64,000 nt of DNA, taken from an uncultured delta proteobacterium (GTDB lineage Bacteria > Myxococcota_A > Polyangia > Polyangiales > JAFGIB01). The notes under the pieces were generated by a model, which was not told the origin of the DNA, did not search any database, and worked only from the letters and a program-made list of their open reading frames with translations. Within the stretch, counting starts at the first letter, position 1, and each line of letters starts with the position of its first letter. Made by a program: the position numbers and the translations under genes. The stretch spans positions 448,001 through 512,000 of the forward strand of contig CAVZVA010000009.1 of the NCBI GenBank assembly GCA_963778655.1, in the 5' to 3' direction. This document shows positions 49,671 through 58,830 of the stretch, one piece after another.

Positions 49671-51776
49671 ATGCGCGTCTTACCTTTCGCCGCCCTTGCC
49701 GCTGTCGCCTTGCTGATCGGTTTCGGTTGCGAGGGGCCGCGAGGGCCCGCAGGCCGGACGGGAGACGCGGGTCCTCGCGGGGCTTCGGGTGACGCAGGCC
49801 CGCCGGGCGAAGCCGGGCCGCGCGGAGCGCGAGGAGCCCAGGGCCCTGCCGGCGACGCGGCCGCGCCGGCAGCGACCCTGGCGCTCGAGCCCGACGGCAT
49901 CGTCGGTGTGGTGCGCGATCCGAGCGGGCAGCTCGTTCCGCTCGGCCATGTCTATCTCGTTCCGGCCGCCGACGTCGCCGCGCTCGCCAAGGTCCCGCTC
50001 GATCTCTCGCTCGCGCCCTCCGCCGCCGCGGGTTTCGCCGGCGATGAGCCGCTCGAGGATCTGCTCGACCAGAACGCCTCGAGCTACACCGCCGCCAGCG
50101 TCGCCGCGGACGGCAGCTATCGCATCCCGCAGGTCGGCGACGGCGCCTACTTCATCGTGTGGCAGCCCGATGACAAGGACACCGGCCACCTGCCGGGCGG
50201 CGATCGCTGCCGCAAGGCGCTCGACCGCGCTTCGCTGGTCGGCACCCGGCTCGACATCGAGGTGAGCGGCCGCCCGAGCGTGGAGGCCACCTACGTCGGA
50301 TCGAGCGCGTGCTTCAACTGCCACGGACGGCAGCGCAGCATGCGCACCGCGCACCGCGTCGGCCTGTCGGTGCCGGGCATCCGCGGCGCCTTCCAGGACG
50401 TCTCGCCCTGGCCCGGCTTCGACGCCGCGCTGGCGGCGTTCGAGAGCGCGACCACGCTCTACTACTACGATTGCGACCCGACCCGCAGCGGCGAAGCCAA
50501 GTGCAGCGTGTCGGACACCGACCCGACGCTGTCGACGCCGAGCGCAGTGATCAGCTTCGAGCTCCGGCTGGCGCGCGATCCGGCGGTCGCCAAGGCGGAC
50601 GTGGGCGCGTACACCGTCACGCTGGTCAACCGCCTCGGCGCGGGCAGCGCGACCTATCCGGTCGCGCTCAGCTACGGCGGCGCCGTGTACCGGCAGCGTT
50701 TCCTGACACGCAGCGCGCTGTCGGGTGGCGGGTTCAGCTACTACGTGCTGCCCCTCCAATACAACACGGCCGGCTCCAACGGCTATCCCGCTTCCGCTGA
50801 CTGGGTATGGCGCGACGCGCACTCCGAGCAGTGGTACGACTTCGCCCAGTCGAAGCTGGCCGAGCCGAGCCACCAGCAGGCGTTCGACAACGGCTGCGCG
50901 GGTTGCCACTTCACCGGCATGCGGCTGCAAGGCGACGCCGCCTCCGGCTTCAGCGCGCACGCCGTGTCCGAGCCCAACGGCGACTTCGACTACGACGGCG
51001 ACGGCCGGCGCGAGGAGATCAACATCGGCTGCGAGAGCTGCCACGGGCCCGGCTCCGAGCACCTCGAGGCGAAGGTGCGCGGCCTGCACATCGTGTCGCC
51101 GAGCCTGCTCACTCCCGGGCGCGAGACCCTGATTTGCGGGCGTTGCCATTCGCGGCCGGCGGGCGTGGGCGGCGGCGGCACCGAGGCTCCACTGTCGGCC
51201 GATGGCCGCATGCCGGCGCCCGGGCTGCGCCGGGCCGATTACGTCGCCGCGTTCACCTCGCGCGTCGATGCCCCGCCTGACGACTTTCACGCCAGCGGGG
51301 ACTCGAAGGCGTTCCACCAGCAGTACACCGACTTCATCCGCTCGGGCATGTACCGCAACGGCTCGGTGCTGATGACCTGCGCCAGCTGTCACGACGCGCA
51401 CGGCAACGATCAGAACACGCACGAGCTGCGCGTCGCGCAGGACGACAACGGCGCCTGCACCGGCTGCCACTCGGGTGCCGACTTCACCGCGCCCCGCGGT
51501 CACATCGGCAAGGTGACGCCGGACTCGCACACCAACGTCGATGATTCGCTGCTGCAGTGCACGGCGTGCCACATGGTGCGCACGATCGCGGGCGGAGCGC
51601 GCCGGCCCGAGCTGCTCGACAACATTCCGGCGAGCGCGACCCCGGTGCAGTACTTCCACGGCGACCTCGCGTCCCACCGCTTCGCCGTCACGCGGCGCGA
51701 TCAATACGACGTGCAGCCGGTGGCCTTCACCTTGCAATGCGCGTTCTGCCACGGCGCCGAGCTGCCCAACCCCTGA
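49671..51776 (+). CDS. Octaheme c-type cytochrome lipoprotein with N-terminal collagen-like stalk
   Basis: Signal peptide ending FGC, 14 Gly-X-Y triplets, 8 CxxCH, IGCESCHGPGSEH, DYDGDG loop. Confidence 0.85.
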   Translation: MRVLPFAALAAVALLIGFGCEGPRGPAGRTGDAGPRGASGDAGPPGEAGPRGARGAQGPAGDAAAPAATLALEPDGIVGVVRDPSGQLVPLGHVYLVPAADVAALAKVPLDLSLAPSAAAGFAGDEPLEDLLDQNASSYTAASVAADGSYRIPQVGDGAYFIVWQPDDKDTGHLPGGDRCRKALDRASLVGTRLDIEVSGRPSVEATYVGSSACFNCHGRQRSMRTAHRVGLSVPGIRGAFQDVSPWPGFDAALAAFESATTLYYYDCDPTRSGEAKCSVSDTDPTLSTPSAVISFELRLARDPAVAKADVGAYTVTLVNRLGAGSATYPVALSYGGAVYRQRFLTRSALSGGGFSYYVLPLQYNTAGSNGYPASADWVWRDAHSEQWYDFAQSKLAEPSHQQAFDNGCAGCHFTGMRLQGDAASGFSAHAVSEPNGDFDYDGDGRREEINIGCESCHGPGSEHLEAKVRGLHIVSPSLLTPGRETLICGRCHSRPAGVGGGGTEAPLSADGRMPAPGLRRADYVAAFTSRVDAPPDDFHASGDSKAFHQQYTDFIRSGMYRNGSVLMTCASCHDAHGNDQNTHELRVAQDDNGACTGCHSGADFTAPRGHIGKVTPDSHTNVDDSLLQCTACHMVRTIAGGARRPELLDNIPASATPVQYFHGDLASHRFAVTRRDQYDVQPVAFTLQCAFCHGAELPNP

Positions 51777-51786
51777 GCGTCCGCCC

Positions 51787-53139
51787 ATGCAAGCCGCCGG
51801 ACACGCTGTGGAGGGCCAGTGCTCGAGCCGCGGACCCTTCCCCGGCGGTCGCGACACCCACGGCCTCGGTCACGACCGTCCTCGTAGTCGCGCGCCCGCT
51901 CTCCGCCTCACCCACACGCTCCTGCTTCTGCTCCTGACCGCGTTCACCCTCCGCGCCCACGCCCAAGACCAGCCGCTATCACCGGGTCCGGCGCAAACCC
52001 CGGCTCAGGCCCAATCACTGGCCCGTCCGTACACGCCGGTGGGCGTCGACCTGCTGATGCAGGGCAGGCCGGCGGAGGGCTTGCTGATCCTGCACAGCGG
52101 CTACCGCAACTCGCCCTACGTCGACGCCGACGCGGTGGTGTTCGTGGGCGCCAGCCAGTCGGGTCGCGAGGGCGACGTGCTCAGCGTGAACCTCGGCTTT
52201 CGCGAGCCCCACGGCTACGCGCAAGGCCGCGTCGGGCGCTTCGTGCTCAGCACCGGCGCGGTCCGGCCGGTGCAGATCGACGGCGCGAGCGTGCTCGGAC
52301 GCGCACCCACCGGCTCCACGCTGCAGGTCTTCGGCGGCATGCCGGTGGTGCCCGAGCTCGGGCCGCGCGCTTTCGACTGGTTGGCCGGGGCGCGCCTGGG
52401 GCAGTGGCTGCTCGACCAGCGCGTGGGCGCCGGCGTGTCCTATCTGCAACGGCGCGACGGCGGCGAGCGCTCGGGAGAGGAGGTCGGCGCCGACCTGAGC
52501 CTGACGCCGCTGTCCTGGCTCGGGGTCAACGCGATCGGCTCCTGGGATCTGCTGCACGATGGTCTGGCCGAGGCGCGGCTCTCCGCCAACGCGCACGTCG
52601 AGCGTTCGAGCGCGCAGCTGTTCGCCTCGCGCCGGGTCGCCTCGCGCCTGCTCCCCGCGACCTCGCTGTTCTCTGTGATCAGCGAGGCGCCCAGCTCGGA
52701 GCTCGGGGCCGGATGGCTGTGGAACGCCTTTCCGCGGCTCGATCTCGGCGGCGAGGGTGCCCTGGAAGCGCTCGACCACGCGCTCGGCTACCGTGTGGCC
52801 CTGCGCACCACGCTGCGTTTCTCCGACCAGGACGGCGGACAGCTCGGGCTCGAGGCCACACGGCGCAAGCTCGGCCGCGAGGGTTGGAGCGGCGGCAGCG
52901 TGCGCGTCGAGCTGCCGATCAACGCGCGGCTGCGTACCCACGCCGGGCTGGAGCTGGTCGGCGCCGATCATCCCGCAGGGCGCGGCGCGCTGTGGCCGTG
53001 GACCCGTGTGGGCGCCAGCTACGCGCTCGGCAGCGCGTGGCTGCTGGCCGCAGCCCTGAGCGCGCGCTCGACGCCGCAGTACCGCAGCGAGCTCTACGCC
53101 CTGCTGCGGGTGAGCTACAGCGCGACGGTGACGCCATGA
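51787..53139 (+). CDS. Putative outer-membrane beta-barrel (porin of a porin-cytochrome complex)
   Basis: Signal-like LLLLLLTAFTLRAHA, many amphipathic beta-strands, no CxxCH, coupled to a multiheme gene; start uncertain. Confidence 0.7.
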   Translation: MQAAGHAVEGQCSSRGPFPGGRDTHGLGHDRPRSRAPALRLTHTLLLLLLTAFTLRAHAQDQPLSPGPAQTPAQAQSLARPYTPVGVDLLMQGRPAEGLLILHSGYRNSPYVDADAVVFVGASQSGREGDVLSVNLGFREPHGYAQGRVGRFVLSTGAVRPVQIDGASVLGRAPTGSTLQVFGGMPVVPELGPRAFDWLAGARLGQWLLDQRVGAGVSYLQRRDGGERSGEEVGADLSLTPLSWLGVNAIGSWDLLHDGLAEARLSANAHVERSSAQLFASRRVASRLLPATSLFSVISEAPSSELGAGWLWNAFPRLDLGGEGALEALDHALGYRVALRTTLRFSDQDGGQLGLEATRRKLGREGWSGGSVRVELPINARLRTHAGLELVGADHPAGRGALWPWTRVGASYALGSAWLLAAALSARSTPQYRSELYALLRVSYSATVTP

Positions 53140-54191
53140 GCCGCCTGGCTCTGACCTGCTGCGCGCTCGTGCTGGTCACGGTCGCGGCCTGCGCCGGGCT
53201 GCTCGGCGTGCGCAAGACGCCCGAGCGGCCGTTCGAGCACCGCGCGCACGTGCTCAAGGGCATCGCCTGCGTGCAGTGCCACACGCGCGTGGCCAGGAGC
53301 GACGCGAGCGCGCCGCTCGACCTGCCGGGCACGAAGATCTGCCTGCAGTGCCACCAGAAGCCGCACGACAGCCGCCGCTGCGCCAGCTGTCACGGCCGCG
53401 AGCAGAACCGCCGCGACGTGGAACAGGCCAAGCTGCACCTGCGCTTTTCGCACCGCGACCACAAAGGCACCGATCCCGGCATGTGCGTGCGCTGCCACGG
53501 GGCGGTGCTGCACGGCGACGGACCGCTGCGACCGCCGATGGCGACCTGTCTCGGCTGTCACGAGCACCGCGACCAGTGGAGCGCGCGTAGCTGCTCGCCC
53601 TGCCACGTGCGGCTCGAGACCGAAGGCGAGCGGCCGGCCAGTCACGTGGTGCACGGCGCGAGCTTTCTCCAGCGCCACGGTCTGGAGGCTGCGACCTCGC
53701 GCGATCTGTGCACCACCTGTCATGCCGAGAGCAGCTGCGCGGCGTGTCACGGCGCCGGCACGGTTCCGGCGTTGCCGTCGACCTGGCACTTCGATCAGCC
53801 GAACCGCCCGGACATGCACCCCGAGGGCTTCTTCGCTCGTCATAGCCTCGAAGCGCGTACCGATCCGGCGCTCTGCACCACCTGTCACCGTGACCAGCGC
53901 GAGTGTCGCGACTGCCATCGCGAGCGCGGCCTGCTCGAGGTCACGCCTCAGCACGGCAGCCCGCACCCGGCCGGCTGGGTCGGCACGCGCGGCTCGGAGA
54001 ATCGCCACGGCATCGAGGCGCGCGCCAATCCGCTGGCCTGCGCCGGCTGTCACGGTGGCTCGGGCGAAAGCCTGTGCGTGGGCTGTCACCGTGTAGGCGG
54101 CCCGGGCGGCAATCCGCACCCGCCGGGCTTCAGCTCGCGCAAGCCGCTGAGCGACCTGCCTTGCCGCATGTGCCACACGGAGGCCCCGTGA
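53136..54191 (+). CDS. 13-heme c-type cytochrome lipoprotein
   Basis: Lipobox VAAC, 13 CxxCH in 351 aa; ATGA overlap. Confidence 0.88.
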   Translation: MSRLALTCCALVLVTVAACAGLLGVRKTPERPFEHRAHVLKGIACVQCHTRVARSDASAPLDLPGTKICLQCHQKPHDSRRCASCHGREQNRRDVEQAKLHLRFSHRDHKGTDPGMCVRCHGAVLHGDGPLRPPMATCLGCHEHRDQWSARSCSPCHVRLETEGERPASHVVHGASFLQRHGLEAATSRDLCTTCHAESSCAACHGAGTVPALPSTWHFDQPNRPDMHPEGFFARHSLEARTDPALCTTCHRDQRECRDCHRERGLLEVTPQHGSPHPAGWVGTRGSENRHGIEARANPLACAGCHGGSGESLCVGCHRVGGPGGNPHPPGFSSRKPLSDLPCRMCHTEAP

Positions 54192-55906
54192 ACAGGCGGC
54201 GGCTGCGCAACGCGCTCGCGTTGGGCCTGCTGTTGGCATTGTTGGCAGCCGGCGCGCTCGCGCGTTGGGCGTTTCAGGTGCGCGAGAAGTCGCTTCCGCC
54301 GGAGCCGGTCACCCGCGTACCCGAGAGCTGGCACGAGTTCCGCGACGCGCCTGGCCATGTCGTGCACGTGGGCGAGCGGGGCATCGCGTGCGTGAAGTGC
54401 CACGATCCGGCGCGCGGCTTTGGGCCGCCGCGGCCCAGGGTGTGCGTGTCGTGTCACGAGCGCGAGGGTCGCACTCGCCACGGGCTGCACGCCGCCAAGC
54501 TCGAGGTCTTCGCGGGCACGGCCAACTGCATGGCCTGCCACAACTTCGGGCCCACCCACCAAGACCGCATCTGGGCCTGCCTGGATTGCCACGACAAGCC
54601 GCAGGGCGAGCTGGGCGCGGTGGTCGTTCACGCGGACCGCGCCTGCAGCAACTGCCATCACCCGCACAACGACCCCTCGATCGAGCCGATGGCCTGCGTG
54701 TCCTGTCACGCCAAAGAGGCCAACAGCCACGCGGGCAAGCCGAGCACGAGCCCCGACAACTGCCTGAGCTGCCACCAGGCTCATGCCGGCGCCAAGCTCG
54801 CCGACCAGCGCTGCCAGCAGTGTCACAAGGACAAGCCGCAGGCGCTGTTCAAAGGGCACCCGACCTGCGCCGGCTGTCACGTGCCGCACGACTTCGCGCG
54901 CAGCGCGGTCAAGCCGTGTCGCTCGTGTCACCAGAGCCAGCATGTGCTGGCCGAGGACAAAGTGGCCGCTCACCGGCAGTGCACGAGCTGTCACGAGCCG
55001 CACGCGGTGGCGCAGGCCGACGACAACACCTGCCGCAAGTGCCACAGCAGCGTCGCGCCCACCCACCCGCAGACCGAGGGCCACGCCTGCCTGGGTTGCC
55101 ACCGCCCGCATTCGACCGCGGCGGCGGTGCCGCCGGCGCAACCCTGCACCAGCTGCCACGCACCGATCGCGAGCTCGGACCAGGCGGCGCACGGCGGCCG
55201 CGCGCAGTGCACCGACTGCCACAAGCCACACGCCTTCGCCAAGCCCGCGCAGGCCGAGGCCTGTGTCGGCTGCCACGCCGTGCAGCTGGCTGCGATCGCC
55301 AAGAACACGGGGCACGCCACCTGCCTGGGCTGTCATCGTGGCACACCACACGCCGCCCAGCTCGCGACCGGGCTCGCGCCGGTGGCATGCACGAGCTGTC
55401 ATAAGGACGTGCACCCGCGGCCGGAGCACGCGCAGTGCACGCGCTGTCACGAGCCGCATTCCGGCGCGCCGCTTCCGCTCGCGCAGAGCTGCGGCAGCTG
55501 TCACCAGCGCCAGGAGCACGCGAGCGTCGCGCCGCACCGCGCATGCCTGACCTGTCACACGCCTCACGAGGGCGGCAAGTTGCCGGCGGCGAGCTGCACC
55601 GGCTGTCACGCCGTCAAGGCCAAGCAGAACCACGGCGCGCTGGCGGGCGGTTGCACCCAGTGCCACGGCATCCACTCGGACAAGGGCGTGCTCGCGACGC
55701 CCGCTTGCACCAGTTGCCATCAAGTCGGCAAATTGCCGGGGCTGCATTCGGTCCAGGCGCATCAGCAATGCGTCAAGTGCCACGGAGGCGCGCACAACCA
55801 AGGTCCCTGGTCTGCGCGCGCGACTTGTCTGGCCTGCCATCAGAAGAAGAAAGACCACGCCCCCAACGCGCAACTCTGTCAGGGCTGCCACGTGTTCCGA
55901 AAATGA
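54188..55906 (+). CDS. 27-heme c-type cytochrome with N-terminal membrane anchor/signal
   Basis: 27 CxxCH counted in 572 aa; GTGA overlap. Confidence 0.88.
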   Translation: MNRRRLRNALALGLLLALLAAGALARWAFQVREKSLPPEPVTRVPESWHEFRDAPGHVVHVGERGIACVKCHDPARGFGPPRPRVCVSCHEREGRTRHGLHAAKLEVFAGTANCMACHNFGPTHQDRIWACLDCHDKPQGELGAVVVHADRACSNCHHPHNDPSIEPMACVSCHAKEANSHAGKPSTSPDNCLSCHQAHAGAKLADQRCQQCHKDKPQALFKGHPTCAGCHVPHDFARSAVKPCRSCHQSQHVLAEDKVAAHRQCTSCHEPHAVAQADDNTCRKCHSSVAPTHPQTEGHACLGCHRPHSTAAAVPPAQPCTSCHAPIASSDQAAHGGRAQCTDCHKPHAFAKPAQAEACVGCHAVQLAAIAKNTGHATCLGCHRGTPHAAQLATGLAPVACTSCHKDVHPRPEHAQCTRCHEPHSGAPLPLAQSCGSCHQRQEHASVAPHRACLTCHTPHEGGKLPAASCTGCHAVKAKQNHGALAGGCTQCHGIHSDKGVLATPACTSCHQVGKLPGLHSVQAHQQCVKCHGGAHNQGPWSARATCLACHQKKKDHAPNAQLCQGCHVFRK

Positions 55907-57486
55907 CACAGCGCTCCTCACCACGCCTGATCGCCTGTAGCGCGCGTCGCCTTCGCCGCGCGTGTGCTGCGCTTTTGCTGCTGCTGAGCGCCTGCGTGCA
56001 GGGCCGACCGCAGCCGGCTCCCACGCCGGTCTATGCCGGCGACATCGCCGAGCTGCTCGCGCAACGCTGCGGCGCGTGTCACGGCGACGAGGACGCGGGC
56101 GACGACTACCGGGTGGGCAGCTACCTGGACACGATCGGCTGCCCGCACAGCATGCCCGAGACCTCGGCGATTGGCGGCGGCGACGCGGGCACGCCGCTGC
56201 TCGACGTGCTCGCGCGTCCGGACCACGCCAACGTCTTGTCGAAGAGCGAGCAGGCGCGGCTGCGCGCGTGGGTCGAGGCGGGTGCGCCGCTGCGCGAGCA
56301 CAGGGTGCACGCGCCCGGCATCCTCGACCCGCGCTCGCCGGACTGGCACGGGCGGCTCGCGGCGCAGGACCGCTACGGGCCGATCACCTCGCCCAGCCAT
56401 CCGGATGTTTGCGGGCGCTGCCACGATGGCGCCCCGGTCAAGCCCAAGGGCGTGCATCATCCGGCGCCCGGTGCGCCCGCGTGCACCAGCTGCCACCGCG
56501 AGCCCGAGGGCGTGCTCGCGTGCGGCACCTGTCACGGCGACGGCGCGCAGCGCGCCTATCCGCCGCGCGACCGCTGCCTATTTCCCGACTCGGAGCCCGA
56601 CGCCCACCGCGCGCATGTGCAGAGCACGCGTCTGACGAGCACGCCGCTGACCTGCACCACCTGCCATCCGGCGGCGGACGCCACGCTGAGCGGCACGCAC
56701 GCCAACGGAAAGGTGGACGTGGTCTTCGATTCGGCGCTGGCCGGCAAGGACGCGAGCTACGACGCACAGACCGGGCGCTGTGCGGTGCGCTGCCACAACC
56801 AGGGCGGCGCGCGCGCGATGCCGAGCTTTCACGAGCACGGCCCGCTCGGCTGCGGGGACTGCCACGGCGCGCCGCCCGCGGATCACTTCGCGGGAACCTG
56901 CGATCGCTGTCACGCCGACGCCAACGCGGACGGCACGGCGCTGCGCGCGCTCGGGCCGCACATGAACGGTCAGATCGATCTCGGCAACGGCAGCGGCGAC
57001 TGCTCCGCGTGCCACGGGCAGAACGGCGACCCCATGCCGCAGACGCCGTCGCACCTGCTGCACCGCAACACGCGCTTGACCGCGGCGATCGATTGCAAGG
57101 AGTGCCACGTCGTGCCCAAAGAGGTGCTGAGCCCGGGGCATCTGGACCGCGGCACGGTGACACCGGCCGACGTGACGTTCGGGCCGCGCGCGCAGGCTCG
57201 CGGGCAGATGCCGAGCTACGACCATGGCAGCTGCAAGCAGATCGCCTGCCACGGGGCGGGGCTGCCGGAGGGCATTGAGCGCGCGCTGCAGTGGGATTCG
57301 CCCGCGACCGGGGCCTGCGCGGGCTGTCACGGCGTACCGCCGGCCAAAGACCATCCACAGGACGACGGCTGCGCTTCGCTGATCTGTCACGGTGCCGAGG
57401 TGCGTGCGGGCAGCCCGGGGCCGGGGATCACCGACGCCGGCCGCGCGCTGCACATCGACGGCGTGATCGAAACGCAGAGCCCGTAG
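55903..57486 (+). CDS. Multiheme cytochrome lipoprotein with CxxxxCH/CxxCH domains
   Basis: Lipobox LSAC; 10 CxxCH plus CAVRCH, CKQIACH, CASLICH; HANGKVDV/HIDG motifs. Confidence 0.85.
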   Translation: MTQRSSPRLIACSARRLRRACAALLLLLSACVQGRPQPAPTPVYAGDIAELLAQRCGACHGDEDAGDDYRVGSYLDTIGCPHSMPETSAIGGGDAGTPLLDVLARPDHANVLSKSEQARLRAWVEAGAPLREHRVHAPGILDPRSPDWHGRLAAQDRYGPITSPSHPDVCGRCHDGAPVKPKGVHHPAPGAPACTSCHREPEGVLACGTCHGDGAQRAYPPRDRCLFPDSEPDAHRAHVQSTRLTSTPLTCTTCHPAADATLSGTHANGKVDVVFDSALAGKDASYDAQTGRCAVRCHNQGGARAMPSFHEHGPLGCGDCHGAPPADHFAGTCDRCHADANADGTALRALGPHMNGQIDLGNGSGDCSACHGQNGDPMPQTPSHLLHRNTRLTAAIDCKECHVVPKEVLSPGHLDRGTVTPADVTFGPRAQARGQMPSYDHGSCKQIACHGAGLPEGIERALQWDSPATGACAGCHGVPPAKDHPQDDGCASLICHGAEVRAGSPGPGITDAGRALHIDGVIETQSP

Positions 57487-57498
57487 CCGTGCACCGAG

Positions 57499-57577
57499 GC
57501 GGTTTCGAAAAGGCAGCAGGAAGACGGGAAGGCGCGACGAACGAAGCTGACCTTCTGTTCCCGTCTTCTTGTGAATC
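57499..57577. repeat. GGAAGRCG-octamer palindromic element, copy E
   Basis: CAGGAAGACGGGAAGG...TTCCCGTCTTCTTGTGAATC between convergent genes. Confidence 0.75.
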
Positions 57578-57606
57578 GTCGGCGGTCCGCGTGAGCGTGG
57601 GGGCGA

Positions 57607-57888
57607 TCAGGCTGTGTCGTCCGGTGGGGGCTCCGACCGCTTGGGCGGCGGCGCGGTGCTGAAGCGCGCAGCCATGCTGGAGAAGACGCGCGCGCGCCGC
57701 AGGTCGAGGTACACCACGAACCCGAACACACCGAACGAGAGCGTGCCCAGGGCCTGGCCCACGGACATCGCAATCACGAGCGAGATCGGATGCGGATCGA
57801 AGATGCCCCACACCATCAACGCCAGCGCCGCCAGCGCGACCACCGCCGCCAGGCGCAGCAACCGATAGACGAAGCGCGTCGGGCTCAC
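57607..57888 (-). CDS. Small two-TM membrane protein coupled to the NapC/NirT gene
   Basis: 93 aa, two hydrophobic helices; GTG overlaps the NapC stop. Confidence 0.7.
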   Translation of the reverse strand: MSPTRFVYRLLRLAAVVALAALALMVWGIFDPHPISLVIAMSVGQALGTLSFGVFGFVVYLDLRRARVFSSMAARFSTAPPPKRSEPPPDDTA

Positions 57889-58517
57889 GGGGAGCCCCCG
57901 CGGCGCTGATAGGGCTTGCTGAAGGGATGCGACGGGCCGTGGCAGCCATCGCTGACGCAGCTCACGCGGCCGCTGCGCAGCGCCTCGAGGCTCGCGCGGT
58001 GATCGCCGAGCTTGAGCCAGAGCGGGTCCTCGGTCGAGTGGCAGCGCATGCAGCTGGCATTCGCGAACGGCTTCCGCAGCCTGATCTCTGCGAGCGCGGT
58101 CTTGATGTCCATCTTGTAGAAGCGCGTGTAGTACAGATACACGTGGCGCATGCCGCCGAGCTTGGTGACGATCGTGCTGAAGGCGCCGTAGTCCTTGTGG
58201 CACTCGTAGCAGTTGTCGGGGCCGAACTCTTCGTTGCGTGCGTGGGCCGAGGCCAAGCTCTTGCTCTTGAGGTTCTCCGAATCGGCCTGGTAGGGCCCCA
58301 TTACGTGGCACGACCCGCAGAAGGCGCGGTGCTTGGTGTGCTCGAAGCCTGCGATGTTTCCGCCCAGCGCCGAGCCGATCGGGAACACACCGAAGCCGAA
58401 CAGCAGGATCAGCTTGACCGGTCCCTTGAGCTCGGGCTTGCGGACCAGAAACCAGATCAGAATGGCGGATGCGAACACTGCACACACCACGCAGATCCCT
58501 GCCATGAACGGTTGCAT
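57885..58517 (-). CDS. NapC/NirT/CymA-family membrane c-type cytochrome (quinol dehydrogenase)
   Basis: N-terminal TM helices, FCGSCHVM, CYECH, K..G..H, CMRCH, CVSDGCH. Confidence 0.82.
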   Translation of the reverse strand: MQPFMAGICVVCAVFASAILIWFLVRKPELKGPVKLILLFGFGVFPIGSALGGNIAGFEHTKHRAFCGSCHVMGPYQADSENLKSKSLASAHARNEEFGPDNCYECHKDYGAFSTIVTKLGGMRHVYLYYTRFYKMDIKTALAEIRLRKPFANASCMRCHSTEDPLWLKLGDHRASLEALRSGRVSCVSDGCHGPSHPFSKPYQRRGGSP

Positions 58518-58830
58518 GCCGACCACGGCCGCTCGCGACGGCAACAGACTGGCAAGCGCGGAAAGGCTCGCGTTGGACAGAAGCACGGCTGGCGTGCGAA
58601 TTACGCCCCGCGGCGGCTCTTGTCCACTTGCAGACGCCGCGCCGCGCGCGCTCTCTCTGCGCAGGAAACCTACCTGAAGCGCGGATGTAGCCTGCTAGCC
58701 ACGCGGCGCCGGCTCGGCTCTGTGCGACGGGAGTTGGCGACGGAACCCACAAATTGGCGGCACGAAGCCAGAACGGCGCGGACGGCGCCCCTTCCGGCAC
58801 CCCGCGCGCGTGCGCTAGCCTTGAATCGAG

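Noticed and set aside
51787..54191. Calling the barrel and 13-heme genes mtrB/mtrA
   Set aside because: The barrel is about 450 aa, much shorter than MtrB, and the cytochrome has 13 hemes with a different spacing from decaheme MtrA
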